Virus record (IMG/VR): IMGVR_UViG_3300025093_000027
Coordinates: 1 to 52,875 of that record
DNA length: 52,875 nt
Source: a virus
Taxonomy: Duplodnaviria; Caudoviricetes
Reading direction: 5' to 3' (one strand)
The notes under the pieces are model-generated. The model saw only the letters and a list, made by a program, of their open reading frames with translations, was not told the origin of the DNA and did no database searches. The translations under genes and the position numbers were made by a program. Below, piece after piece: positions 19,474-28,780 of this stretch (its first letter is position 1; the number at the start of each line of letters is the position of its first letter).

Positions 19474-21103
19474 TTGCAACCTCAATAAATTTATCTGGAG
19501 ATAAAGAAGCCATACCAGTTCTAAGTTGTTCAGTTAACAATTTATTCTCACCTCTATTTTTAAATTGCTGAAAAATCTTTTCCCGGTCAATAGGATCAAC
19601 AATACCATGTTCAACGACTGCACCAATGTTCAAGTCTCTTACAAGCTTCGTAGCCTCATAGCCAAACGCACTATCTGGCTCATTAATAACACTGTAGAAT
19701 AAAAATTCAACAAATGATTCATTATCCAAATTGGGAGGCATCTCTTTAGGGATCTCGAAAAGATTAGGAGAAGCATTCCATTTTCCTTGAAATAGCTTTG
19801 GTTTGTATGTGTCAATGTAGTCCATCCACACTTTAGCACAATCATCCCAATCATATCTCGCCACAGTAGCTTCACGAACTTCTTGACTCTTTGCTGCCTT
19901 TTCTTCTGGCGAAAGCATCAAGTGTTTAATCATGATTTCTACTAGATGATCGTTATCAGGAAATACTCTTTCTGCATTTGTCTCTAGTTCGCGATACATT
20001 TTTTGAATCTTGACAGGATAACCCTTAGTCCATTCTAGAACATCTTCCATAGCACTATAGTTTGTAGATGCAATAGGAACACCACATGCAGTTGCTTCTA
20101 CTTGAGGCATACCAAAACCTTCACAGATAGCATACTGAACATACAAGTCCATAGCATTATAAATCTTAACAAGATCTGGCACTTCCAGCCCAAAAGCTAC
20201 AGATGGCATTACACATGAAAGACTTTTGCAAGAATCACAATAGTTTAAAGTGTCTCTGAACAAATCAACTTTAAATTTCTTACAACTTCGACAGACATAG
20301 GTTGTCAAAACCTTACCCCCAACCTCTTCTTCAGCAATGTGATAGCCGAGATTCCAACCTTGTTTTTCTGGGTAGGAAGTATGAAGAAGCAAGTAAGTGT
20401 TATCTTTAATTTCTGGAGGTGCAGTTTTTAGAAACTTAGAGAAAGACTTGATAAGTTCTGGAAATAGCTTTCTCTTTTGATTTCTCATCACAGTTCCAAC
20501 AATATTTGCATTAGGATCTAATCCTAACTCTTGTCGAATCTGTTTCTTGTCGTATGGCTTATAAATCTTAGGGTCAATGCCCGGAGAGGCACAGCCAATT
20601 ACATTCAATAAATGACCTGCATCTTTTTCTAAAGTTTTTTCGCCAAACTCTGAATAACAAAGAATAGCATCTGTTTTAGCGAATCCTTCAATCCAAGATT
20701 GCTTCTGAGGATCAGAGTCAACTGTGGGCATCCATACCCAATGAAAGAATGGTAGCAGAGGACTTTTAGAGATAAACATGTCCATCCAAGGATCACGATA
20801 AGACAAAACAATATCTGGTTTAAAGTCAAGAACTACCTTATCGAATCTCCAAGCACCGAATTGATTATTAGGATTGGCATTATACATATCCTTAAAATTT
20901 TGAGGATCATCCTCATCTGGTGCATTTGCGTAGAACTTCCAAGGAACTTCCTTAGCCATTGATGTATTGGCATAGATACCAAACTCGGCTAGTTCATATT
21001 TATCACTAGCATGTAATCTTTCTAAAAGGTTCTTTGCATAAGTACCAAATCCAGATGCCAACTTATGATTCTCTGCTACTACCAGAACTTTCTTTTTACT
21101 CAT
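19463..21103 (-). CDS. GT-B (GT4-like) glycosyltransferase with zinc-ribbon insertion
   Basis: SGFG N-terminal loop, RNQKRK, and EGFGMPQVEATACGVP (EX7E) motif. Inserted CRSC...CDSC. Confidence 0.9.
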   Translation of the reverse strand: MSKKKVLVVAENHKLASGFGTYAKNLLERLHASDKYELAEFGIYANTSMAKEVPWKFYANAPDEDDPQNFKDMYNANPNNQFGAWRFDKVVLDFKPDIVLSYRDPWMDMFISKSPLLPFFHWVWMPTVDSDPQKQSWIEGFAKTDAILCYSEFGEKTLEKDAGHLLNVIGCASPGIDPKIYKPYDKKQIRQELGLDPNANIVGTVMRNQKRKLFPELIKSFSKFLKTAPPEIKDNTYLLLHTSYPEKQGWNLGYHIAEEEVGGKVLTTYVCRSCKKFKVDLFRDTLNYCDSCKSLSCVMPSVAFGLEVPDLVKIYNAMDLYVQYAICEGFGMPQVEATACGVPIASTNYSAMEDVLEWTKGYPVKIQKMYRELETNAERVFPDNDHLVEIMIKHLMLSPEEKAAKSQEVREATVARYDWDDCAKVWMDYIDTYKPKLFQGKWNASPNLFEIPKEMPPNLDNESFVEFLFYSVINEPDSAFGYEATKLVRDLNIGAVVEHGIVDPIDREKIFQQFKNRGENKLLTEQLRTGMASLSPDKFIEVANGK

Positions 21104-21554
21104 TAGTGTCCCTCAATTTTTCTACAGCACTCATAAAGAGTTTCTTGGTATAATGTCTTCCTCTGCCTATTTCTTTACAAATCTCTGTAAAGTTGTGGCC
21201 CATACATCTCAATTCTATAACTTTTCTTTCTTCATTGGTTAGGATGTCTGGAATATATTCCCAGAAATCGTCATCGCTACAGACCTCTAAAAAACCTACA
21301 ATAACATTGTTAAGGTCTGCTTGATTGTTGTATTTTTTAGCACTATTTATTGTTTTAATGATTTCCCAACGGATAGGATTCCTAGCAAATGGACTAAACT
21401 TACAGCCCCTATCAGGGTCATACTTTTGTATCGCCTTCCATAAACCTATCCTACCCGCTTGAATGTATTCATCTCTTTCCTCATCGCTTTTAGGATTGAA
21501 TGTATTGACAACCGATACAACCAATCCCATATTCGCCTCTATTTTATCTTCCAT
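21096..21554 (-). CDS. Phage sigma-70-family factor (regions 2 and 4; start revised to 21554)
   Basis: NMGLVVSVV...DEYIQAGRIGLWKAIQKYDPDRGCKFS (region 2). LTNEERKVIELR..GHNFTEICKEIG (region 4 HTH). Confidence 0.9.
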   Translation of the reverse strand: MEDKIEANMGLVVSVVNTFNPKSDEERDEYIQAGRIGLWKAIQKYDPDRGCKFSPFARNPIRWEIIKTINSAKKYNNQADLNNVIVGFLEVCSDDDFWEYIPDILTNEERKVIELRCMGHNFTEICKEIGRGRHYTKKLFMSAVEKLRDTNE

Positions 21555-21585
21555 AAGTATCCTTATTATAGCTATAGTATCCAAA

Positions 21586-23208
21586 CTAACTTCTTAGGGG
21601 TAAGACATTTTTTACTAAAAATCCCTTCTTTTCTTTTTGTCTCATTCCCCTAAACAACATCACCGCTTTTTCCTGTAATTTATTTTTATGCTTCTCATAA
21701 TCTTCAGAGAACATAACTACATTATCCAAATTGCAAGTAGAGTCACTAAGAGTAATAAACGCCATCTTCTTACCCTTAGATTCTCCTCGTTTAATAGTCC
21801 ATTCCCTAATACTTTTGAGTTCTGCGGCAATAGCGATACCATTAGTAGATTGGAATCCATCTAGGAACTCTTTACAAGTGCAGTTCGCGTGACTTGTATC
21901 ATATTCATCTACTTTAGAACATGTAAGAGCGACCCCTAAGTATTCCTGTTCATTTTTAGCTCTCCATGCAGGACTATCTTCTAAATTATACCCCGGATTT
22001 TCTAAACTATCTATCAGTCCATCAATAATCTCTACCCTGTCTCTTTTAAAGATAGGACGTTTTTTATCTGACCAGTCATTAGTAAGCAACATTTTATTTA
22101 GTGTTTCAAGTAATGTTTCCTCCATGTTCTTTTGGACCCATTCTATTTCTCTCTTGCTCAACTCTTTGTACTGTTCATAGATGTGCTTCATTTCTAATCT
22201 ATTAATGTAAAAGCAATCACAAGCACCAGACAGAATAAGTGCAAGCATAGAATCCTTTTTGATACAATGACCATACATCATCAAGCATTGATCAAAGTTC
22301 ATGTCATCTACATTTTTATTACCATTCTCTTTGATGCAACTAATAAGTTTATCATAAACAGAACTACCAACTTTCTTTACATTTGTCATGCCGAAGGTTG
22401 GACAATCCCCTACAAGTTGAAAGTCTTTTTGTAACTTCTTAATGTTTGGAGGTTGAACATGGATGTTCATTAGGCGAGCATTGTTCACCAGTTCATTAAT
22501 CTCTTCAAATGTATCTGGCTTGCCAATAGCATGTTTCAAATAAGAAGTAAAGAACTCATGAGGGAAATGTGCTTTAGCATAAGCAGTAAGATAACCATTA
22601 GTAGCATAAGCATAAGAGTGAGATTTGTTGAACGAGTATCTTTGTGATGCCTCAATCCACGAGAAGATTTCTGATGCTTCTTCTTCATTCACGATACCAT
22701 GCTCAATGGCTTTACTGATAAACTCGCCTTTGATTTTACCCATCAACTCTACATTCTTTTTACCAATAGCTTTACGAAGAACATCTGCTTCCTGCAAAGA
22801 GAAACCAGCAAGTTCTTTAGCAATTGCCATCGCTTGCTCTTGATAAACAAGGATACCTTGAGTAGGGGCAAGAATAGGTTCAAGGGCGGGATGCAGATAC
22901 TCCACATCCTCACGCCCATGCTTCCTATCAATATAATGGTTGGTAAGATTTTTACCTTTGATAAAACTCTCTGTACAACCGGGACGAATAATAGCAATCA
23001 AGTCAGATAGTTCATCAATGCTACGAGGTTGTACTTTCTCTGCATTAGACCCTTGGATTTCCAACTGGAACACACCTTTAGTATTACCCTCACAAATCAA
23101 GTCCCAAGTAGCAGAGCAGTCTTTTGGCAACTTCTCTACATCAGGATCAAAGATAATACGACCATTACTATCAGTTTCAAATGTACATCCACAGGGAAAA
23201 GTTCTCAT
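21586..23208 (-). CDS. dnaE: DNA polymerase III alpha, C-terminal half (fingers, HhH, OB fold)
   Basis: TKGVFQLE, IIRPG, ILVYQEQ, LRKAIGKK, YSFNKSHS, KAHFPHEF, and KMAFITLSD (OB fold). Confidence 0.95.
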   Translation of the reverse strand: MRTFPCGCTFETDSNGRIIFDPDVEKLPKDCSATWDLICEGNTKGVFQLEIQGSNAEKVQPRSIDELSDLIAIIRPGCTESFIKGKNLTNHYIDRKHGREDVEYLHPALEPILAPTQGILVYQEQAMAIAKELAGFSLQEADVLRKAIGKKNVELMGKIKGEFISKAIEHGIVNEEEASEIFSWIEASQRYSFNKSHSYAYATNGYLTAYAKAHFPHEFFTSYLKHAIGKPDTFEEINELVNNARLMNIHVQPPNIKKLQKDFQLVGDCPTFGMTNVKKVGSSVYDKLISCIKENGNKNVDDMNFDQCLMMYGHCIKKDSMLALILSGACDCFYINRLEMKHIYEQYKELSKREIEWVQKNMEETLLETLNKMLLTNDWSDKKRPIFKRDRVEIIDGLIDSLENPGYNLEDSPAWRAKNEQEYLGVALTCSKVDEYDTSHANCTCKEFLDGFQSTNGIAIAAELKSIREWTIKRGESKGKKMAFITLSDSTCNLDNVVMFSEDYEKHKNKLQEKAVMLFRGMRQKEKKGFLVKNVLPLRS

Positions 23209-23882
23209 GCAAAACTTCCTTTAAACTTATCAACACTAACTTGACGACGAGCAAACTTCAAAAACCTAACCAAGATTTTAGCAGTATCAACAACATCAGA
23301 AATAGCACTATGGGCTTGACCATGAGATTGTAATCCAAAGAACTCTTTCAATGTATCCATCTTATAGTTTTCTGGTTCTGGCATATTCTCAAACCAGTAG
23401 GTAATGTAATGAAGTAAATCCATGTTGCCCATCTTGGCGAATGGATAATCCAACTTATGCTTATCACACATGTTACGAATAATGATGTCATCAAATCCAT
23501 CTACATTATAACCACTGTATGCTGGTTCTGTAAAGTAGATTCTTCTCATTGGATCTTTCTCAATGTGATACTTCTGCAAATAAGAACAGAAGTTTTTCAT
23601 AGCAACCTTTTGTGATTTACCTTTCTTCCAAGTACTTACAATGTCTTCAGAAGAACATCCTCTTGTTGAAGCGTGCCAATCAATAGTCTTCTGCACACCT
23701 GTTGTAAAATACTCATCCTTATCAATACCCGGAGGTTTAACTGTAACCTCAAAGGTATCATCCATTTTAATTTCCAAAGTTCTAGGATTAACTGGGACCG
23801 CTGCAATCTCTACTGGATTAGCAGTAGTAGGGTCAGGTCCATCAGTTTCCAAATCATAAACAATAATCCAACGATGATTCAT
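23205..23882 (-). CDS. DEDDh 3'-5' exonuclease (DnaQ/epsilon-like)
   Basis: YDLETDG (ExoI), GYNVDGFD (ExoII), AHSAISD (ExoIII). Confidence 0.92.
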   Translation of the reverse strand: MNHRWIIVYDLETDGPDPTTANPVEIAAVPVNPRTLEIKMDDTFEVTVKPPGIDKDEYFTTGVQKTIDWHASTRGCSSEDIVSTWKKGKSQKVAMKNFCSYLQKYHIEKDPMRRIYFTEPAYSGYNVDGFDDIIIRNMCDKHKLDYPFAKMGNMDLLHYITYWFENMPEPENYKMDTLKEFFGLQSHGQAHSAISDVVDTAKILVRFLKFARRQVSVDKFKGSFA

Positions 23883-25777
23883 TATTCAACTCCTGCTAAA
23901 ATGTCTGCAACGGACATAACTTTGTCCAACATTGTAATACCCAAAACGTCAATTTTCAATAGTCCAACTTCCTCACAACTTGGTCCTTCAAATCCAGCGA
24001 TGTAACCTTTATCATTTGCATCAGTAGATCTAACCATAGGACAGGTTTGTGAAATCTTGTATGGTGAAACAACAACACCAGCAGCATGTTTAGATTGGAT
24101 AATCTTAGTTCCTTCTAAACGAATCGCTTGTTTGAAGATCTCTGCTTTATCGCCAACCATCTCTCCTTCTTCATTAATTTGAACCCAATCTTTAAACCTA
24201 TTAGGATTGTTCTCAATGCACCATCTAATGATAGAAGAGGTTCCAAGTTCCTCTTTCATCTCTTGGAGTTCATCAGCAATCTTTGCTTCATCCAAGATGT
24301 GTTTAGTCATAGCATTTTGTTCTGCAAAAGAAATACCACCTACGGCGTGCATAACCCTTTTCAATGCAGAACGACCTTTTAGAGTTGTATAAGTAACGAT
24401 TTGAGCAACATTCTCTTCACCATACTTATTTCTAATGTATTCAATAACTTTAGGTCTTGCTTCCTTTGGAACATCAATATCAATATCCGGCCAACTAATT
24501 TTACCCGGAGAGTTACGACCTGCGTTATAAAATCTTTCAAAGAGTAGGTCTGATGGAATAGGATCAATCTGCGTGATATCAATCAGATAAGATACCATAC
24601 AACCAGCAGCACTACCACGACCGGGACCAGTAATGTATCCGTTCTCATGACAGAACTTAATAATGTCACGAACGATAAGAAAGTAACTGCTCAATCCACA
24701 AGACGTAAAAACTTCCAACTCATGATTGACTCTTTCACCATAAACTTGAAATTGTTCAGGGTCATTGTCCATACTAATATGAGCCATCTTCTTTTTCCAT
24801 CCATCACGGCACAACTTACGAAGATAATCTTCATCGCTCATGCCGCCGGGACATGGAAACTGTGGAGGATTAGGAGCAGATAGAATACTATAATCATCAC
24901 ACATGTCTGCAATTTTATTAGTATTCTCAATCTCCTCTGCTGTATGCCATTGTTTCATTTCTTCAAAAGAAGGAATATGAAAGTTGTCTGATTCAAAGAA
25001 ACATTGTAATCCAACACTATTACCTTGCTTGATGTCCATTTGGATTTGACCCAGAGTTTTCTTCAATGAAGTACATAAAAGAACTCTTTGATCAATCGCA
25101 TCTTCTCTACGAGCATAATGTGCATCTGGAGTAGCAACACATGGGATACCAGTAACTTTAGATACTTGACGCAAACAGTTAGCAATAGTTTTAGCTAGAG
25201 GGTTTCTCTGACTATCAATCATTTGAATCTCAATAAAGAAGTTACCTTCTCCATAAAGCTGTTGTAGATAGTTTGCCCATTCACAACCTTTCTGTAACCA
25301 ATCAGGATCAAGCCTTTCCTCGCTTTCATCCATCATTTTGTATTGAAGGATAGAGCCAAGATGACCACTAAATGTCACTAAGTTTTTACCACTAATAGCA
25401 AAACCAACATCTTGCATAGAAATTCTAGGTTTATGATAAAATCTATCTGGGTGATTTGAAAGAGCAACTAATCTTAAAATCTCTTTCCAACCTTCTAGAT
25501 TCTTTGCTAGAATAACTTGATGGAGAAGTTTCCTGTTGTCAGGATTCTTATCAGTTGACTCGCCAAAGCAGAAATAAAACTCGCAACCTAAGATAGGTTT
25601 GAGTCCATTGTTTTTCATTGTTTTAACAAAATCAACAGCACCACTAACTGTGCCATGATCTGTCAAGGCACAAGCTGTAGAACCAATCTCTTTGATGCGA
25701 GATGCAATCTGTGAAGTCTTTGAAAGTCCATCGAGCAAACTATATTCAGAATGGACATGTAGTGGCGTATAACTCAT
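23882..25777 (-). CDS. dnaE: DNA polymerase III alpha, N-terminal half (PHP domain and palm/thumb)
   Basis: LHVHSEYSLLDG, LTDHG, TPDAHY, GPGRGSAAG, LLFERF, PDIDID, HAAGVV and GLLKIDVLG. Confidence 0.95.
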   Translation of the reverse strand: MSYTPLHVHSEYSLLDGLSKTSQIASRIKEIGSTACALTDHGTVSGAVDFVKTMKNNGLKPILGCEFYFCFGESTDKNPDNRKLLHQVILAKNLEGWKEILRLVALSNHPDRFYHKPRISMQDVGFAISGKNLVTFSGHLGSILQYKMMDESEERLDPDWLQKGCEWANYLQQLYGEGNFFIEIQMIDSQRNPLAKTIANCLRQVSKVTGIPCVATPDAHYARREDAIDQRVLLCTSLKKTLGQIQMDIKQGNSVGLQCFFESDNFHIPSFEEMKQWHTAEEIENTNKIADMCDDYSILSAPNPPQFPCPGGMSDEDYLRKLCRDGWKKKMAHISMDNDPEQFQVYGERVNHELEVFTSCGLSSYFLIVRDIIKFCHENGYITGPGRGSAAGCMVSYLIDITQIDPIPSDLLFERFYNAGRNSPGKISWPDIDIDVPKEARPKVIEYIRNKYGEENVAQIVTYTTLKGRSALKRVMHAVGGISFAEQNAMTKHILDEAKIADELQEMKEELGTSSIIRWCIENNPNRFKDWVQINEEGEMVGDKAEIFKQAIRLEGTKIIQSKHAAGVVVSPYKISQTCPMVRSTDANDKGYIAGFEGPSCEEVGLLKIDVLGITMLDKVMSVADILAGVE

Positions 25778-26835
25778 TCAACACTCCCCGGTGCTTTATA
25801 AGAAGCGAAATTAAACTCTGGTGCATTGTAGTTTTGGACAACCCATTCAACACCCTTTTTCTTGATCATGTATTTGATCTGTTCACACTTTGTCATATCT
25901 CTATTATACCTTACGTTTTTAATAGGTTCAATGTGTGTCCCTTCAAAACTTGTCATTCCAGCATGACACAACTTCCTACACTTCCAAGATTGAGATGGAT
26001 CTGTCTCTTTAATAAGTGTCGGCTGTTGAGTTGCCTTAATGAACTCAAACTTCTTTTGTATCATCTCTTTTGTCTTTGGCAAGTCTTTATCTTGAAAATG
26101 GACAGTAAAAGGACCACCATCATTAATAAAGTAAATAGTAATTAAAAATGTTTTAGCTTCAGGAAATCTATTAGCCATAGCAAGGTGATACATGCGTAGT
26201 TGTGCATCTCTCCAAAGTTTTCTTTGGTCCTTAGTCTCTCCTGTGGCCCAATCTAACCGCTTCCCAGTCTTCCAGTCAATAATCTCATACACACCGTCTC
26301 CGAGGTCTGTAACGAGGTCTACGGTGCCTTTCATGGACAAATAACCGTCTAGTTTAGTTCCATCTGGAAGTTCGTGCTCATACTTAGCCCAATCTTCTTT
26401 TATTTCAAAATCAAAGTGAGGTTCAGCAGCAACAACATTCATATTTCTAGGATCAAACATACCTCCGTTGATCTCTAGTGCCTTCCATGTCCACTTTTTA
26501 CAATCTTTTAAATCTTTATCAGTCCATTCATGATGACTAAATGCTTTTGTATAGTAGTTATAAACTTTTTCAATAAGCTCTTCTAGATACGCTTCTCTAT
26601 AATCAGCAGTTTTAGTTTCACCTACTACATCATCAACAAAGGTTTTATGTCCATCCTGTGCTGCTTTTTTAGCAAGTGCTGCTACTTCTAGTACTTTATG
26701 AACAATAGTTCCCTTATCTGCCTTCTTATTACTTGGACCTCTCCATCCAAGAAAGTATTCTACCAAGTATTGTTGTGGGCAGAATCTATGACAGTTAAAA
26801 GAACTACTTCTAAAATAAACGATTGGAATACCCAT
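25774..26835 (-). CDS. Cas4/RecB-like PD-(D/E)XK exonuclease with probable Fe-S cysteines
   Basis: GTIVH, AEPHF, GTVDLV...IIDWKTG and QLRMY. N-terminal CPQ and C-terminal CRKLC...C. Confidence 0.85.
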   Translation of the reverse strand: MGIPIVYFRSSSFNCHRFCPQQYLVEYFLGWRGPSNKKADKGTIVHKVLEVAALAKKAAQDGHKTFVDDVVGETKTADYREAYLEELIEKVYNYYTKAFSHHEWTDKDLKDCKKWTWKALEINGGMFDPRNMNVVAAEPHFDFEIKEDWAKYEHELPDGTKLDGYLSMKGTVDLVTDLGDGVYEIIDWKTGKRLDWATGETKDQRKLWRDAQLRMYHLAMANRFPEAKTFLITIYFINDGGPFTVHFQDKDLPKTKEMIQKKFEFIKATQQPTLIKETDPSQSWKCRKLCHAGMTSFEGTHIEPIKNVRYNRDMTKCEQIKYMIKKKGVEWVVQNYNAPEFNFASYKAPGSVE

Positions 26836-27638
26836 TAACTCACCTTTGATCTAAAGGGATGAATGTTATTTTTTATAATAGTTTTATACAACTCTTTAGT
26901 TGTGGTATCAATATCTCCTTCTGGTAATACATAATCACATAGGGGCAAATCTACTTGTTCGCTTTTATGTGAATCATTAAATAGGTCTCTTGGTAGTCCA
27001 AATACAACACCACCTTCATCCTGTACTCCCTTGATCTCATTAGAGAATCTTACATCAGAAATAAGTGCAAGCTCTGGCTTATCTTTTCTGATCCTACGAA
27101 TACAAGCATCAAACCATACATTCTCATACATCTTTCTACAGATGTCAGAACCAAAGTATTGTAAAACTTCTCTACCAGTCATTGGTCCGGGTTCATGGTA
27201 TGTAATACCAGTTATTTCATCTTCATAACCAAAATAACTTTTTTGTGTGAAAACTTTCTTTGTTACAATTCCGGGCATGTTCTCCCATCGTAAATGAGTA
27301 GGAGAATTCTTTTCCTCATTAGTTCCATAGACTTGATTATGCTCAAGTCCTAACACATCAATCGCAAACTCTTTCAATACATCTGCAAAAGCATAAATCT
27401 TACAAGGTCCAAAATTTGCTAGAAGTTGAGAAATATCAACATAGTCTTCAGTCAATGGTATCCAATCAACACCAGATACAGTTTCTCCAAAAAGATCTGA
27501 AACAATAATCTGCCCTTGCTCATTTAAGCTTGCATGTTTACAAACTCCATGCTCATGGAACTTTAAAGCAAGTAAAAAGTTACAGCATGTATTTTTACCG
27601 CTCTGTTTCTTTCCAGCGAATCCTATAATCTTTGTCAT
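26835..27638 (-). CDS. Deoxynucleoside monophosphate kinase (T4 gp1-like)
   Basis: IIGFAGKKQSGKNT P-loop, FADVLKE, REVLQYFGSD and ISDVRFSNE. Confidence 0.9.
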   Translation of the reverse strand: MTKIIGFAGKKQSGKNTCCNFLLALKFHEHGVCKHASLNEQGQIIVSDLFGETVSGVDWIPLTEDYVDISQLLANFGPCKIYAFADVLKEFAIDVLGLEHNQVYGTNEEKNSPTHLRWENMPGIVTKKVFTQKSYFGYEDEITGITYHEPGPMTGREVLQYFGSDICRKMYENVWFDACIRRIRKDKPELALISDVRFSNEIKGVQDEGGVVFGLPRDLFNDSHKSEQVDLPLCDYVLPEGDIDTTTKELYKTIIKNNIHPFRSKVS

Positions 27639-28780
27639 TTATAATAATCCTTCGCTTCTAATACATAAGGTAAGATTAAACTACGAATGTCACTAAGATC
27701 CATTTCACCAATGTCATTTGTATTGATAACTGGCTTATAAATCCTGTATTGACTTGAACATGTTTCAATGATTTTATTAGCAGCATTTTCTCCTGCTTCA
27801 TCATTGTCCATGAGAATAATTAAAGACATAGCACCAAGACCATCTAATAAATCCTTTTGAGATTGATTGAGTGCTGTTCCAAATATCGCAACTGAGTTAT
27901 GAATGCCTGCTTCTTCTAATCTCCAAACATTTCCCGGCGACTCCACAATTACAGCAACGCCGTTTTTGGAGATATGTTCTTTTGCATACCAGTAATTATA
28001 CAACCATTTTTCTTTTTGGAAACCTTTTGAGTGTCGCCATTTAGGAAAAAACTTACACCTTTCCTCTGGATCGTGATAAAACTTACATTTTTTACATTGT
28101 CCAAAAATACTCCTACCACTGAATCCAACGATGTAATCCATATTGTGAGAATAAATAGGGACAATGCAGCGGTTATACATCTGCTTGCCCCTAGTTGAAC
28201 AGAAACCAACATCATACTTATCTAAGATCTCGGCAGAATATCCTCTATTTAAATAGTATTGTGCAGGGATTTCTGTCTTGGACCTATAGAAGTCTCTAGT
28301 GATGATAGTTTCTGGTTTATCTTCTTCCTCTCCAAACATAGTCCAAACCATAGTGTTGAACTGTTTCATCTCTAATACAGCATTACTTTTCTGTTTGATT
28401 TCACCAAACTTCTGTCCAGTAATCTCTAGCAGAAAATCAACTGTTTCTTTGAATGTTGCCTCTCTATCGCCAGACTTTTCCCAATCGTATCTAGCTCTGG
28501 ATAAGCAACCCTTGATAAAACCAATCATGGTCTTACCAAAGTGGTCTTCACAACTGTGAGTCCTGCACTTCCAGTGAACTACATGATCTCCAGCAGGATA
28601 AAAGTTACAAGCAACTGGATTATCACCACCATGAACTGGACAAGAAGATTTAATTAACTGATCATTTCTGTACTTGATGTCAATACCAAAATGCTCATAG
28701 ATGTTATCTATGTAATCTACTGCGTCCCAACATAGTTGCTCTAGTTTTGCTTGATCATTGTAATCATTAGAATGGGACAT
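27635..28780 (-). CDS. dnaG: DnaG-type primase (start revised to 28780)
   Basis: CPVH...C...C zinc finger, YYLNRG, VGFSGR, and Toprim VIVES...MDNDEAG. Adjacent to DnaB. Confidence 0.9.
   Translation of the reverse strand: MSHSNDYNDQAKLEQLCWDAVDYIDNIYEHFGIDIKYRNDQLIKSSCPVHGGDNPVACNFYPAGDHVVHWKCRTHSCEDHFGKTMIGFIKGCLSRARYDWEKSGDREATFKETVDFLLEITGQKFGEIKQKSNAVLEMKQFNTMVWTMFGEEEDKPETIITRDFYRSKTEIPAQYYLNRGYSAEILDKYDVGFCSTRGKQMYNRCIVPIYSHNMDYIVGFSGRSIFGQCKKCKFYHDPEERCKFFPKWRHSKGFQKEKWLYNYWYAKEHISKNGVAVIVESPGNVWRLEEAGIHNSVAIFGTALNQSQKDLLDGLGAMSLIILMDNDEAGENAANKIIETCSSQYRIYKPVINTNDIGEMDLSDIRSLILPYVLEAKDYYK

Noticed and set aside
21586-25777. Split intein in dnaE
   Set aside because: No Cys/Ser-initiated IntN after the N-half and no His-Asn/Cys junction at the start of the C-half.
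25774-26835. CRISPR-Cas locus based on the Cas4-like gene
   Set aside because: No cas1/cas2 or array. Stand-alone Cas4-like nucleases are common in phage replication modules.
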